A stretch of 35,934 nucleotides of DNA from a plasmid. Within the stretch, counting starts at the first letter, position 1; every line of letters starts with the position of its first letter. This document shows positions 19,015 to 28,290 of the stretch, one piece after another. The notes below the pieces were generated by a model, which made no database searches, was not told the origin of the DNA, and saw only the letters and a list, made by a program, of their open reading frames with translations. Both the position numbers and the translations under genes were made by a program. The stretch lies in sequence record NC_017487.1. One strand, written 5' to 3'.

Positions 19015-19209
19015 TACTAGACAAAAGGTCGGCTCCTAAAAATGGGTTTGTGATAAACACCATTTTAAAGGAAGCTGGTCTTTTTTGTCCGAACAGCGTC
19101 GGATTAATTTTACAATCTACCTATTAACCAAAATATCAAAAAAAGCGTATCATTGAAAGCGTAATGATTAAAACGTTTTTTACAAACGTTATAGAGGGGA
19201 GAAGTTAAT

Positions 19210-20889
19210 ATGGACTTAGTCGAAGAACTAGTCAATGTTGTTGGTAAAAAAAATGTTATTACTAACAAAGCAAAATCTTTACGTTTTAGGAAAGGGTACC
19301 GCTCAGGTAAGGGCGATGCAGTTGCAGTCGTATTTCCAACCACTTTAATGGCAATGTGGCGTGTGCTTAATGTTTTGCATGATAACAATATTATCATTAT
19401 TATGCAAGCAGCCAACACTAGTTTGACTGAGGGATCCGTACCAGCCCCAGGTTATGACCGTTCTGCAGTTGTTGTGAACGGCATGAAAATTAAAGATTTA
19501 CAGTTAATCAATAATGGGGAACAAGTACTAGCATTCCCCGGTACGACACTGTTTCACTTAGAAAATGAATTGCGACCACTTAAACGTGAACCACATTCAG
19601 TCATTGGCTCATCTAATTTGGGTGCATCGGTCATTGGTGGTATTAACAACAATTCTGGTGGTGCTTTGATCAGAAGAGGTCCAGCTTATACAGAGCTATC
19701 ATTGTATGTTTGGATTGATGAACATGACGAAATGCACTTAGTTAACCATTTAGGCATTGATTTGGGCAAAACGCCCGAAGAGATTATTACTAATTTGCAG
19801 AACCGCAATTTTGATTTGAATCAAGTACCAGCTACTGAACATCATGGTTCAATGTTCCATCATGAACAGGTTGTGCGTGACGTTGAATCTGATAAGCCTA
19901 TTCGATACAATGCAAATCCTAAAGAATTGTATGAAGTATCTGGATCGTCCGGTCACGTTGCGGCATTGGCTGTCCGCTTAGATACATTCCCAATGGATAA
20001 AAAAACACAAATGTTTTACATTGGAACGAATAATCCCGATGAGTTGGAAGATATTCGTCGCCATATTATGACGACATTCAAAGAATTGCCTGTTTCTGGT
20101 GAATATATGCATAAAAATGCTTATAAATTGGCCAAGAAATATGGTAAAGACTCACTAATTGTGATTGAAAAAATTGGTACGGGTCATTTGCCCCAAATGT
20201 TTGCGCTAAAAGCATGGGGCGAACGCTTTTTGAAGCACATTCCGTTTTTCAAACCTTATTTCCCAGATCGTTTGCTTCAAACATTAAGTAATTTATTTCC
20301 TAATCAAATGCCAAAGCGGTTAGATGATTATTACGAAAAGTACGACCATTACCTACAATTGAAAATGGCTGGTAATGGTATTGAAGAAGCGCGAGAGTAT
20401 CTCAAATCTTATTTTGACAAAGCCAGTGGCGACTACTTTGAAGCCGATGCCAATGAGACCAGTAAAGCGGAAACTCACCGCTATGTAACAGCTGGGGTTG
20501 CGATTCGATATCAAGAATTAAAACAGGATAGTATTGACATTTTGCCACTAGATATCGCGTTGGCAAGTAATGATTATAAGTGGTTCGAGCATTTGCCTAA
20601 AGAGATTGAAGACAAAATAAAACACAAAATTTATTATGGTCACTTACTTGATCACGTTATGCACCAGGATTATATTCTAAAACCTGGCGTCGATGCGCAT
20701 GAACTTAAAAAAGAAATGCTTAAAATTTTGGATGAGCGTCACGCTGTTTATCCAGCCGAACAAAATGTTGGGCATCTATATTTGGCAGCACCGGCCTTAA
20801 TCAAGCACTATAAGAAAAATGATCCAACTAATAGTTTCAACCCTGGCGTTGGTAAACAAACAATGTCTAAATATTGGGGCGAATACTAA
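19210..20889 (+). CDS. dld: FAD-dependent, quinone-linked D-lactate dehydrogenase (Dld-type)
   Basis: 559 aa, colinear with E. coli Dld (HSVIGSS.IGASVIGGI.NNSGG, GTN.P, PAEHNVGHLY...NDPTNS.NPG.GK). Confidence 0.88.
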   Translation: MDLVEELVNVVGKKNVITNKAKSLRFRKGYRSGKGDAVAVVFPTTLMAMWRVLNVLHDNNIIIIMQAANTSLTEGSVPAPGYDRSAVVVNGMKIKDLQLINNGEQVLAFPGTTLFHLENELRPLKREPHSVIGSSNLGASVIGGINNNSGGALIRRGPAYTELSLYVWIDEHDEMHLVNHLGIDLGKTPEEIITNLQNRNFDLNQVPATEHHGSMFHHEQVVRDVESDKPIRYNANPKELYEVSGSSGHVAALAVRLDTFPMDKKTQMFYIGTNNPDELEDIRRHIMTTFKELPVSGEYMHKNAYKLAKKYGKDSLIVIEKIGTGHLPQMFALKAWGERFLKHIPFFKPYFPDRLLQTLSNLFPNQMPKRLDDYYEKYDHYLQLKMAGNGIEEAREYLKSYFDKASGDYFEADANETSKAETHRYVTAGVAIRYQELKQDSIDILPLDIALASNDYKWFEHLPKEIEDKIKHKIYYGHLLDHVMHQDYILKPGVDAHELKKEMLKILDERHAVYPAEQNVGHLYLAAPALIKHYKKNDPTNSFNPGVGKQTMSKYWGEY

Positions 20890-20995
20890 AATAAAAAGTT
20901 TGTTAAAAAATAACCGTTATCGTCATTTGTCGATTCTGTAGTGACCCCTACTGATTGTTCTTAAAACAGTAACCAAATATTTAAAGATATACTTT

Positions 20996-21122
20996 AAAAA
21001 AACTTTTTAAAATTTTTAAAAAGTTTTTTATTGTTTTTTATATGATAAAATATAGCTATTAAAAGATTTAATAAAATTAAATTGAAAGTTTTTTTAAAAA
21101 TTTTTAAAAAAATTTTATAGAA
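20996..21122. promoter_or_regulatory. extremely AT-rich region with a perfect 33-bp palindrome (20996-21028) and a 24-bp palindrome (about 21090-21114)
   Basis: aaaaaactttttaaaa t ttttaaaaagtttttt and tttttttaaaaa tttttaaaaaaa. Confidence 0.45.
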
Positions 21123-21143
21123 AAAGAAAGGATATTTTTTTAA

Positions 21144-21737
21144 ATGGAGAAAAGTTATTCTGATTTTGCAAAAGAACTGGGAGTTAGTAAACAAAAGTTA
21201 AATTATTACGTCAATGATGAAAATAAAGAAAAAATTTTTATTAAAAAAGGCAACAAAAATTATGTTACCGAATTTGGACAAGAATACCTTTATAAAAAGA
21301 CTAAAGATAAAAATGAAAAAAAAGAAAGCGAAAAAAAAGAAAAAAATTTTGAGGTATTTTTTGATAGCATAAAAGAAAAAGATAAGCAGATTGACAAACT
21401 TCACCAATTATTAGACCAGCAACAAAGACTTTCCTTACAGGATAAAAAACTTTTGGAAGAATATAAAACAGAATTAAGTAACTTAAAAGCTCTTAAAATG
21501 CCAGAAGAAGAATTAAATATAGGAATCGAGCAACTTAAAAAAGAACTCGAAAAGGCAAATGATGAGATAGACCAAAATCAAGCGAAACTTGCTGAAAAGG
21601 ACAAACAAATTGAGAAAGACGAAAAAATAAACAAAGAATGGTCTGAAAGTAACAAAGAACTGGAAAAAGAAAACGAAAGCTTAAAAATGGAACTTCAAAA
21701 AGTTCAATCTAAAAAATGGTTTCAATTTTGGAAATAG
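21144..21737 (+). CDS. second, stand-alone RepX/OrfX-like (DUF536-like) protein
   Basis: 197 aa. HTH-like FAKELGVSKQKLNYYV. Shares the LLDQQQRLSLQDKKLLEEYK...LKALKMP core and the C-terminal KKWFQFWK with the gene at 1529-2122. No repB partner. Confidence 0.65.
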   Translation: MEKSYSDFAKELGVSKQKLNYYVNDENKEKIFIKKGNKNYVTEFGQEYLYKKTKDKNEKKESEKKEKNFEVFFDSIKEKDKQIDKLHQLLDQQQRLSLQDKKLLEEYKTELSNLKALKMPEEELNIGIEQLKKELEKANDEIDQNQAKLAEKDKQIEKDEKINKEWSESNKELEKENESLKMELQKVQSKKWFQFWK

Positions 21738-21758
21738 AAAAAGGAAGAAATTTTATAA

Positions 21759-23273
21759 ATGAAACATGTTGATAATGCACTAAGAAAAACTTTATTCATT
21801 CTTTTAGGCTTAATCTCTTTATTTTGGCTTTTTTGGACGTTCAAATATTTATTTACTGACAACTTGCGTAGCACAAGATATATTTTTTTGTTTGTCACTA
21901 TTCTTTTAGTGTTGCTTATATTTTTTTTAAATAAAAAATTTAAAGACTTATTATTTAAGACTTTTAAATTTATTTATGGACATAAGTATTGGTTTATTGG
22001 TATTCTTTTTATTTTACAAGTAGTTATATCATTATTTGCTCAGGCTTTAGCACAAGGAGATTCTGCTGTCCTTTATACTGTTGGTACTAATATACCTGAT
22101 ACGAAACAAACAATTCTAAAATACTTTTCTATCTATCCCAATAATTTTTTTATTCTAATTATAATCAAGATTATAAATAGCATTGTTACCCCTAAATACC
22201 TTATATTGTCATTTTCTATACTGAATGCTTTATTAATAGACAGTGGAATTATCTTATTAACTTCTATCGGTAAATATCTTAAAGGAGAAAAGTTAGCGCA
22301 AATTGTATTTATAGAATCATTTTTTTTGATTGGTCTACAACCTCAATTCCTTTATTTTTATACTGACCCAATTACCTTTTTCTTCACAAGTTTACTTTGT
22401 TTTTTAGTTGTAAAATATACTTATAAGAAATATTTAATTTGGTGGTTTGTTATTGGTCTAATTTTTAGTATTGCTTATAAAATTAGAGTACCTGTCGTTA
22501 TTTATCTTATAGCATTAATCATTGTTGTTATATATCAATTGGTCTTTTCGCCTGAAAAAATAAAAAAAAGAAAATTAGTCAATAAAACTGTCGTTTTGTT
22601 TAGTGGAATACTAATAACAATCATCGGAATTAATTATTATGCTCATCATCAAAAAATAACAGAATATGATACAAAATATAGCAGGAATTTTATGTATTTC
22701 ATTGATTTAGGACTAACAGATACAGGAGCAAACCATTCTCAATTACCTACTGAAATTCTAATTCCAGAAAAAAATGGAAAAATTCAAACAAGAACACAAC
22801 TAGAATCTAAACTAAACAAAGATATAAAAAACAGAATTAAAAACTATGGTATATTAGGTCTTATTAAACATCAAAATACAAAATTTAAGTATTTTGTTCA
22901 AGACGGTACTCTTGGTTGGACAACCGAGGCTGTGTTAGTAGAAAGTAATGTTGTAAAAACAAAATTTACTGAATCAACAATTGGTCATAAAATAAGAGAT
23001 ATTATTTATGTTCATAGACCGTATTACCCCAAATATGCGATATACATGCAAATAAGTTGGATTTTTGTTGTGCTAGGACTAGTCCTTTACTTTAAAAAAT
23101 ATAAAAAAGTTACCTATACTGAATTAGTTTTTCAACTTGTTTTATTAGGAGGGATTCTATTCTTATCATTATTTGAAGCAGGAAGAAGTCGGTATCTAAT
23201 ACAATTTTTACCAGCCATTATACTATTATCATCAATAGGTTATTTTAAAATGAATAGCTCCAAAAGCTCATAA
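21759..23273 (+). CDS. 504-aa polytopic membrane protein: N-terminal TM bundle, roughly 100-aa extracytoplasmic domain, C-terminal TMs
   Basis: Long ORF in roughly 25% GC DNA, 22 nt after the RepX-like gene. Topology loosely resembles GT-C glycosyltransferases or polymerases (speculative). Confidence 0.55.
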   Translation: MKHVDNALRKTLFILLGLISLFWLFWTFKYLFTDNLRSTRYIFLFVTILLVLLIFFLNKKFKDLLFKTFKFIYGHKYWFIGILFILQVVISLFAQALAQGDSAVLYTVGTNIPDTKQTILKYFSIYPNNFFILIIIKIINSIVTPKYLILSFSILNALLIDSGIILLTSIGKYLKGEKLAQIVFIESFFLIGLQPQFLYFYTDPITFFFTSLLCFLVVKYTYKKYLIWWFVIGLIFSIAYKIRVPVVIYLIALIIVVIYQLVFSPEKIKKRKLVNKTVVLFSGILITIIGINYYAHHQKITEYDTKYSRNFMYFIDLGLTDTGANHSQLPTEILIPEKNGKIQTRTQLESKLNKDIKNRIKNYGILGLIKHQNTKFKYFVQDGTLGWTTEAVLVESNVVKTKFTESTIGHKIRDIIYVHRPYYPKYAIYMQISWIFVVLGLVLYFKKYKKVTYTELVFQLVLLGGILFLSLFEAGRSRYLIQFLPAIILLSSIGYFKMNSSKSS

Positions 23274-23517
23274 TTTAAGTTTTAAGCACGATCAACCCTT
23301 AATCGGATAAATTTATAACTCACTCATTTAAACAGGATCTAACGTTCAAAAAATGCTATTCTCGTGTCTTTTATCCGAAAAGCCCTTCCTGCGTTAGTTC
23401 TTTCAGAAAATAATGTTCTCTTTTTTAATCGAGGAGTACAAGCGGAGCGACAAAAGCAAACAGGGGATCTTGAACTTGTCGCTCACTTTTGCTATACTAA
23501 AGCCCTTAAACATAAGT

Positions 23518-23543
23518 AAAAGCGCTAATTTAGCGCTTTTTTT
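23518..23543 (+). terminator. hairpin agcgctaa-tt-tagcgct plus T-run
   Basis: Perfect palindrome followed by ttttttt. Confidence 0.6.
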
Positions 23544-23546
23544 GTT

Positions 23547-23575
23547 GATTTTTTGGAAAACTTTGCAACAGAACC
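23547..23575 (-). mobile_element. 29-bp remnant of an IS6 left end
   Basis: gattttttggaaaactttgcaacagaacc matches 18986-19014. Confidence 0.7.
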
Positions 23576-23577
23576 GT

Positions 23578-23667
23578 TTAACCTTAGATATTTGGTTACG
23601 AAAGAAACGGGATATGCAAGCAGCCTATGTTTTCTTAAAAAGTATTCATAAACAGTTTGGTCAACAT
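23578..23667 (+). mobile_element. internal IS6-family transposase fragment (LTLDIWLRKKRD...HKQFG), upstream half of the Tn3-family insertion target
   Basis: Homology to the IS6 tnp. Ends at the 5-bp AACAT next to the Tn3-family IR. Confidence 0.8.
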
Positions 23668-23786
23668 GGCCCAGCGTACACATAACCCCCTAAAATCCAT
23701 ATAAGAGATTATATTATTGATTTATCGGTCTTTTTCTATCACTGAATCTTAGTAAAAAGCCTATCATTTTAAAAATGATAGGCTTT

Positions 23787-26705
23787 TTACTTACCTTGAT
23801 TTAATTCGCGAAGTTCTTCGGGTAAAGTAGTTAAATCAATTTTATATTCTCCTAACAAATTAATGTGTCTCCAAATTATAGGAGACGTATACTCTAAATA
23901 CTTCGTTATTTCTGGTTCGCTATTTTTACAATAGTTATACGCTTGTTGCAAATATACAGTATTCCAAAGGCTTATCGCATTAATCAGGATATTCAAAGCA
24001 CTTGCACTTTGAAGTTGCTTTTCAAAATCCTTCTCCATAAACTTTCCTCTCTGACCATTAAATAACTCCCTGGCTAAATCATTAATAAGTTCTCCACGAT
24101 TTAGCATTTGTGTGATTACTTTTCGTAAATCTTCATTAATCGCATACTCCAACAAAAAAATAGTTTTCTCAATTTTTCCCAGTTCGCTCAATGCCTGGGC
24201 GACTTTATTTTTTCGAGCATAAGAACCAAGCTTATTTAAAATTATTTTAGCGCTAGTTTTTCTTGTTTGAATGGAATAAGCGATTTGTTTAATTTCATCG
24301 TAATGCTTTTCTATTAAGTTTAAATTGACAGCGCGCTTAATTAGAGGTTGCATTTTTTTATACTGATCAGGAGATTTTATTGTATATAAGTTCATTGAAC
24401 CAATATCTCTAATTCGTGGTTCAAATTTGAATCCTAACAAGTGGAATAACGCGAATGCGGTGTCAGTATAAGCATTTGTATCAGAAAAATGTTCTTCAAT
24501 ATTTAATTCCGTATCATGTCCAATGGCACCATCAATAGCACTAGCAGCTTCTCGTTGATTTGTTGCGATCACTTCGACATAATGCGAAATATATTTATCT
24601 GCAGTATGACGATAGATAGTTGTCCCTTTTTTATTTCCATAATGAGGATTGAAATCCGAATGAATAGACGAAACTCCTAGCTGCATACGAAGACCATCTG
24701 AGGAAGCCTTTGATCCATCACCCCAAAATTCACTAAAAGGACAAGTAATCTGCTTATTAATTAATACTGACTGTGCTCGTTTGAAAGACTCAGGAGACAT
24801 ACGCCATTGTTTAGCATTTGCCATTTGAGCGGAAGTAATATGCGTAGATTTTCCCATATCTTGAAAGCGAATGTTTAAGCCCATAGCCATTAATGTAGAA
24901 AATAATACTTCTAATTCCTCTTTATTTGCTGAGTCTTTGGTGGCCTCATGAATAAATTCGTCCATAAACCCCGTCCAGTTATTGACTTCAATAAGTAATT
25001 CGACAAGATTTACATCTGGTAACAGTTTGTACAATGATTTTTTGTAATATTCAGCTTCTTCAGGAGTATTTTTTTCTTTTTTAGTAATAGTAAGTCTATC
25101 AAACGATTTTCCAAGTTTCTGATAAGCTTCTAGTCGTTCTTCTAAAACTTCAATTCTCGACGATAAATATTCTTTAAAAGTATCTGGAATTGTATGCGAT
25201 CCCATCATGGCGTCTGAACTCACAAGATAATTATCTAATTCCTGGTGTAAGACGCTTTGAGGCTCGATAACTTCTCCTGATCGAAGTCGATCATTTAATT
25301 CAGTAGCAGCAACTAATTCAAAATAAGAACGATCAATTGTCCCATCTGGGTTTTTGACGAGAGATTGCCATGGCTTTTTAACAAAATTTAATTCAATATC
25401 TACAGGTATTTTCCGTTTGTTTTCTTTCTTCAATACAGTAATTAATCTGAGCGCATTAATTAAACCATCATCATCCATTCTAGGTGATTTAAAATCAAGT
25501 GTTTCTACTAGTCTTGGTAAGTATCCTCGAATATATTGAGCTTTATACTGTACTAAACCCATATAAGTTCTCTTTCTGGGACTAGCAATTAGAGCTGCTT
25601 GTTGTCCTTCTTCAATCAGCTCGTTCCAATCGAATGATTGTTTTAATTGGCGGGCTAAGTTTTGAAAATCATTATTACAAATTGCGTGATCCAGCATACT
25701 AACAACCTGAGAAAAGTGCTTTAACATGCGGTTAGATTGCTCGCCCGTTTTTTTATTTTCTTCGTTTTTCTTGTGTAACCCACTTCGTTTAATTGATTGT
25801 ACAATTTTATTATGTACTTCAATTGCCAAATCAATTAGAGCTTTTCTATAACGAATTAAATAAACTACAAGCAAAGCATATCTTTTTGTTTCTTCAAATC
25901 TGCGTAGGTCAAAAGCATGATATCGTTCTGTTAATCTTGCTATCTGACTTAATCTCTTCTCATTGGTAAACGAAAATGTTAACTGCTCCAGTTTCAACTC
26001 TTTAATAACCGATATCCGGTCGCAAATTGATAGAATGGTATCTTTACTTGGTTTTCCACTAATATCTTGCAACCAGGCTAGTTTAGATTTTTTGGTATCC
26101 AAATTTACTACTAGTAAGCTATCTAATTGTTCCTTTTGATTCTCAGACAAAAGTTCAATTATTTTTTTGTAGAGATATTTTTCGTGATTCTGTCGAATAG
26201 TTGAAATCAAACGTTCGATCTCTGAAAGTTCTGGAAGTAAGATATGTTGTTCTCTTAATCGATAAATAGCTAAATTAATTAGAAAAAGTTCATCATTATT
26301 TTCTTGTATCGCTTCATTTAGAATATTTTTCAAATAATCCGATGCTTTTGAAGAATATAGGGAATAATTATAGTGTCTGCAAATTTTCTTTAAATGCACT
26401 AAGGGGGTATTTTTCTTACTTAAATAGTTATCTAAGTCTATAGTTGATATCTTTAGTTGGTCAGCAACGTACTCAACTAAAGATTTTGATACTTTATCAA
26501 CCGAATTTAAAGAAATTCCTGGATATCGAGCAAGACACAACTGCAGACCGATTCCTAATCTGTTTTCAACACCTCTGTGAGAGAGAATAAACTTCACATC
26601 CGACCGTGAAAAGCTAAAATATCCCTGAAACTCATCCTTTGATAGTTTATCTAAAGATAATAATGCTTCTTGCTGTGCCGATGAAGTCAGTTTATATGCG
26701 CCCAA
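23787..26705 (-). CDS. tnpA: Tn3-family transposase TnpA (DUF4158 N-terminus plus DDE domain)
   Basis: 972 aa. TTG start with RBS aggagg. Size and sequence typical of Tn3-family TnpA. Confidence 0.9.
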   Translation of the reverse strand: MGAYKLTSSAQQEALLSLDKLSKDEFQGYFSFSRSDVKFILSHRGVENRLGIGLQLCLARYPGISLNSVDKVSKSLVEYVADQLKISTIDLDNYLSKKNTPLVHLKKICRHYNYSLYSSKASDYLKNILNEAIQENNDELFLINLAIYRLREQHILLPELSEIERLISTIRQNHEKYLYKKIIELLSENQKEQLDSLLVVNLDTKKSKLAWLQDISGKPSKDTILSICDRISVIKELKLEQLTFSFTNEKRLSQIARLTERYHAFDLRRFEETKRYALLVVYLIRYRKALIDLAIEVHNKIVQSIKRSGLHKKNEENKKTGEQSNRMLKHFSQVVSMLDHAICNNDFQNLARQLKQSFDWNELIEEGQQAALIASPRKRTYMGLVQYKAQYIRGYLPRLVETLDFKSPRMDDDGLINALRLITVLKKENKRKIPVDIELNFVKKPWQSLVKNPDGTIDRSYFELVAATELNDRLRSGEVIEPQSVLHQELDNYLVSSDAMMGSHTIPDTFKEYLSSRIEVLEERLEAYQKLGKSFDRLTITKKEKNTPEEAEYYKKSLYKLLPDVNLVELLIEVNNWTGFMDEFIHEATKDSANKEELEVLFSTLMAMGLNIRFQDMGKSTHITSAQMANAKQWRMSPESFKRAQSVLINKQITCPFSEFWGDGSKASSDGLRMQLGVSSIHSDFNPHYGNKKGTTIYRHTADKYISHYVEVIATNQREAASAIDGAIGHDTELNIEEHFSDTNAYTDTAFALFHLLGFKFEPRIRDIGSMNLYTIKSPDQYKKMQPLIKRAVNLNLIEKHYDEIKQIAYSIQTRKTSAKIILNKLGSYARKNKVAQALSELGKIEKTIFLLEYAINEDLRKVITQMLNRGELINDLARELFNGQRGKFMEKDFEKQLQSASALNILINAISLWNTVYLQQAYNYCKNSEPEITKYLEYTSPIIWRHINLLGEYKIDLTTLPEELRELNQGK

Positions 26706-26749
26706 ATATTAAGCCTCCTTATTGGTAAGGTGATAAAATGTTGTTTCCT

Positions 26750-27316
26750 TTACTTTTTATTTTGACCATACCTTTGTTTATATCTCACGATTGTTGACTT
26801 ATCCAATTCAAACAATCGAGCTGTTTCTGTATACGTATGAACTCTTAAGTAGTCCAGTATTTCTTTAATCTGTTGCGTTGTTTTCTTTGGTTTTCGACCA
26901 TCTCGATAATTTGGGTTATGTTGTCTTTGATATTCTCTACCTTCTTGGGTTCTTTGAACAATCATATCTCGTTCAAATTGCGCAAAGGCTAAAAACATAT
27001 TCAACATAAGGCTACCGTTGGGGGTCCTATCAATTCTTCCCATATTAAGAATATTTACAACAACATCCTTTTCTTGTAGCTCTGAAATTAATTCTGTTCC
27101 TTGCTGGACAGAACGCGAAAGTCTATCTAGTTTTGCGACAATTAATTCATCACCTTCTGAAAGAATAGAAAGCAATTCATCGAGTTTGGGGCGGTCACGT
27201 TTTGTTCCTGTGTATTTTTCACTATAAATTTTTTCTGCCCCAGCATTCTTTAACTGTTCTAATTGATTCGCTAAATCTTGCTCATTTGTTGAAACCCTTG
27301 CATAACCATATTTCAT
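26750..27316 (-). CDS. tnpR: serine resolvase TnpR
   Basis: MKYGYARVSTNEQDL... catalytic Ser motif, C-terminal HTH. Confidence 0.9.
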   Translation of the reverse strand: MKYGYARVSTNEQDLANQLEQLKNAGAEKIYSEKYTGTKRDRPKLDELLSILSEGDELIVAKLDRLSRSVQQGTELISELQEKDVVVNILNMGRIDRTPNGSLMLNMFLAFAQFERDMIVQRTQEGREYQRQHNPNYRDGRKPKKTTQQIKEILDYLRVHTYTETARLFELDKSTIVRYKQRYGQNKK

Positions 27317-27822
27317 TGTACTTCACCTAGTTTTAAGATATCTTCTAATTTATTGTAATCTACAGTCTTACAAGATAAATCTATAAAATAATCCAGTTGC
27401 CATTGTTGTGTTTTTTCAGCTGTTTTATTTAAACTTTGTTCCCATAAAGGATAAACTCGTATTGCCATTTTTCCTTTAACTTGAGATGTTCTTAATATTT
27501 TTTGCTTTAATAACTCTGACTTCGGAAATACAAATAGTCCTTTGTGTTCATTATCAAACACATTAACAATTAAAAAATCAGGACTGTTTTTATAATCAAA
27601 TGCTTTATTTTTATTGTTATTATCTTTCTCCCAGAAAACAACGAAATATCCCTTTTTAGTCGGTGTTTTCTTAGCAAGTCTATTACGAAAACTATATTGA
27701 TTAATGCTAAAAGAAAAACTCTCATACTCACTATTTTGATGTTCTTCCTGATAATTATCAAAAGTACCCTTTAAAAACGGAATAAGCGTATTCTGTAATA
27801 GCTCCCCTGACTTTTTCATCAT
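27313..27822 (-). CDS. hypothetical 169-aa protein, passenger gene of the Tn3-family element (possibly MepB-like, uncertain)
   Basis: ORF whose start overlaps the stop of the upstream HTH gene and whose stop overlaps the tnpR start. No family confidently recognised. Confidence 0.55.
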   Translation of the reverse strand: MMKKSGELLQNTLIPFLKGTFDNYQEEHQNSEYESFSFSINQYSFRNRLAKKTPTKKGYFVVFWEKDNNNKNKAFDYKNSPDFLIVNVFDNEHKGLFVFPKSELLKQKILRTSQVKGKMAIRVYPLWEQSLNKTAEKTQQWQLDYFIDLSCKTVDYNKLEDILKLGEVQ

Positions 27823-28010
27823 TAAAATTTCTCCAATCTTGAATTACCTTCATTATCAAACCAAAGGCTTTTAAAACGTTTGATCGTATTCCACTGATAA
27901 CCCGTAGACTTAGCTATTCGTTTAAGACTCAATCCGTCAAGCATATATTCATATGCTAAAGTTTCTCTACTGTTTAAATCTTTTCGACTAAGATACTCTT
28001 TTTTTACCAT
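27822..28010 (-). CDS. small HTH DNA-binding protein (62 aa), first gene of the transposon operon
   Basis: ATG at 28010 with RBS aaggag. HTH-like LSLKRIAKSTGYQWNTIKRF. The longer 94-aa ORF (28106) lacks an RBS. Confidence 0.5.
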   Translation of the reverse strand: MVKKEYLSRKDLNSRETLAYEYMLDGLSLKRIAKSTGYQWNTIKRFKSLWFDNEGNSRLEKF

Positions 28011-28106
28011 ATTTCGCTCCTTTGATTCGCATATAATATTTGCACATCCACATGAGTTGATTTTATCACAATTTAATATCATATGCAAAACTGTTAAGTT
28101 ATGCAT

Positions 28107-28252
28107 ACATATGAGTTTGTTTAATAAGATATTCTATAAACTCAAATGTGCGAAGAAACTAAAAAAGCCCTAAACGAGCGTTTATGAGGCTTACAAAGAA
28201 TAGAAATATTGTTTGTTTATGGATTATATAACAAAAAATAAAGTTCAAATCT
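28107..28252 (-). promoter_or_regulatory. putative res site and promoter region of the Tn3-family element
   Basis: Only sizeable noncoding segment inside the element, upstream of the HTH-orf169-tnpR-tnpA operon. Contains short repeats (tatgca/atgcata). Confidence 0.3.
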
Positions 28253-28290
28253 CTTATATGGATTTTAGGGGGTTATGTGTACGCTGGGCC

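Larger units (their letters stand above)
23668..28290 (-). mobile_element. Tn3-family transposon, about 4.62 kb, with perfect 38-bp terminal inverted repeats and a 5-bp target site duplication AACAT
   Basis: IR-L 23668-23705 ggcccagcgtacacataaccccctaaaatccatataag. IR-R 28253-28290 is its exact reverse complement. The inner ends finish in TAAG as in Tn3-family IRs. Flanking AACAT at 23663-23667 and 28291-28295. Contains tnpA and tnpR. Confidence 0.88.

Noticed and set aside
19110-19418. 102-aa minus-strand ORF across the dld start
   Set aside because: It overlaps the well-supported dld gene and its promoter region, and the amino-acid sequence has no coding-like features.
20994-21407. Two minus-strand ORFs (66 aa and 69 aa) with K/F-rich low-complexity sequence
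   Set aside because: They are translations of the AT palindromes and of the antisense strand of the RepX-like gene.
23413-23685. 90-aa ORF spanning a hairpin, an IS6 end remnant and an internal IS6 fragment
   Set aside because: It is a chimeric reading frame across rearrangement scars. Only the last third is IS6 transposase-derived.
25354-25539. Small antisense ORFs within tnpA (25354-25539), tnpR (27018-27227), orf169 (27570-27761), usp/mntH (29157-29342, 29644-30108), the IS3 element (31178-31385, 32100-32291), the amidohydrolase (12431-12685), the resolvase (11087-11293) and fic (35378-35623)
   Set aside because: Each is embedded antisense or out of frame within a supported gene. None has an RBS or other independent support.
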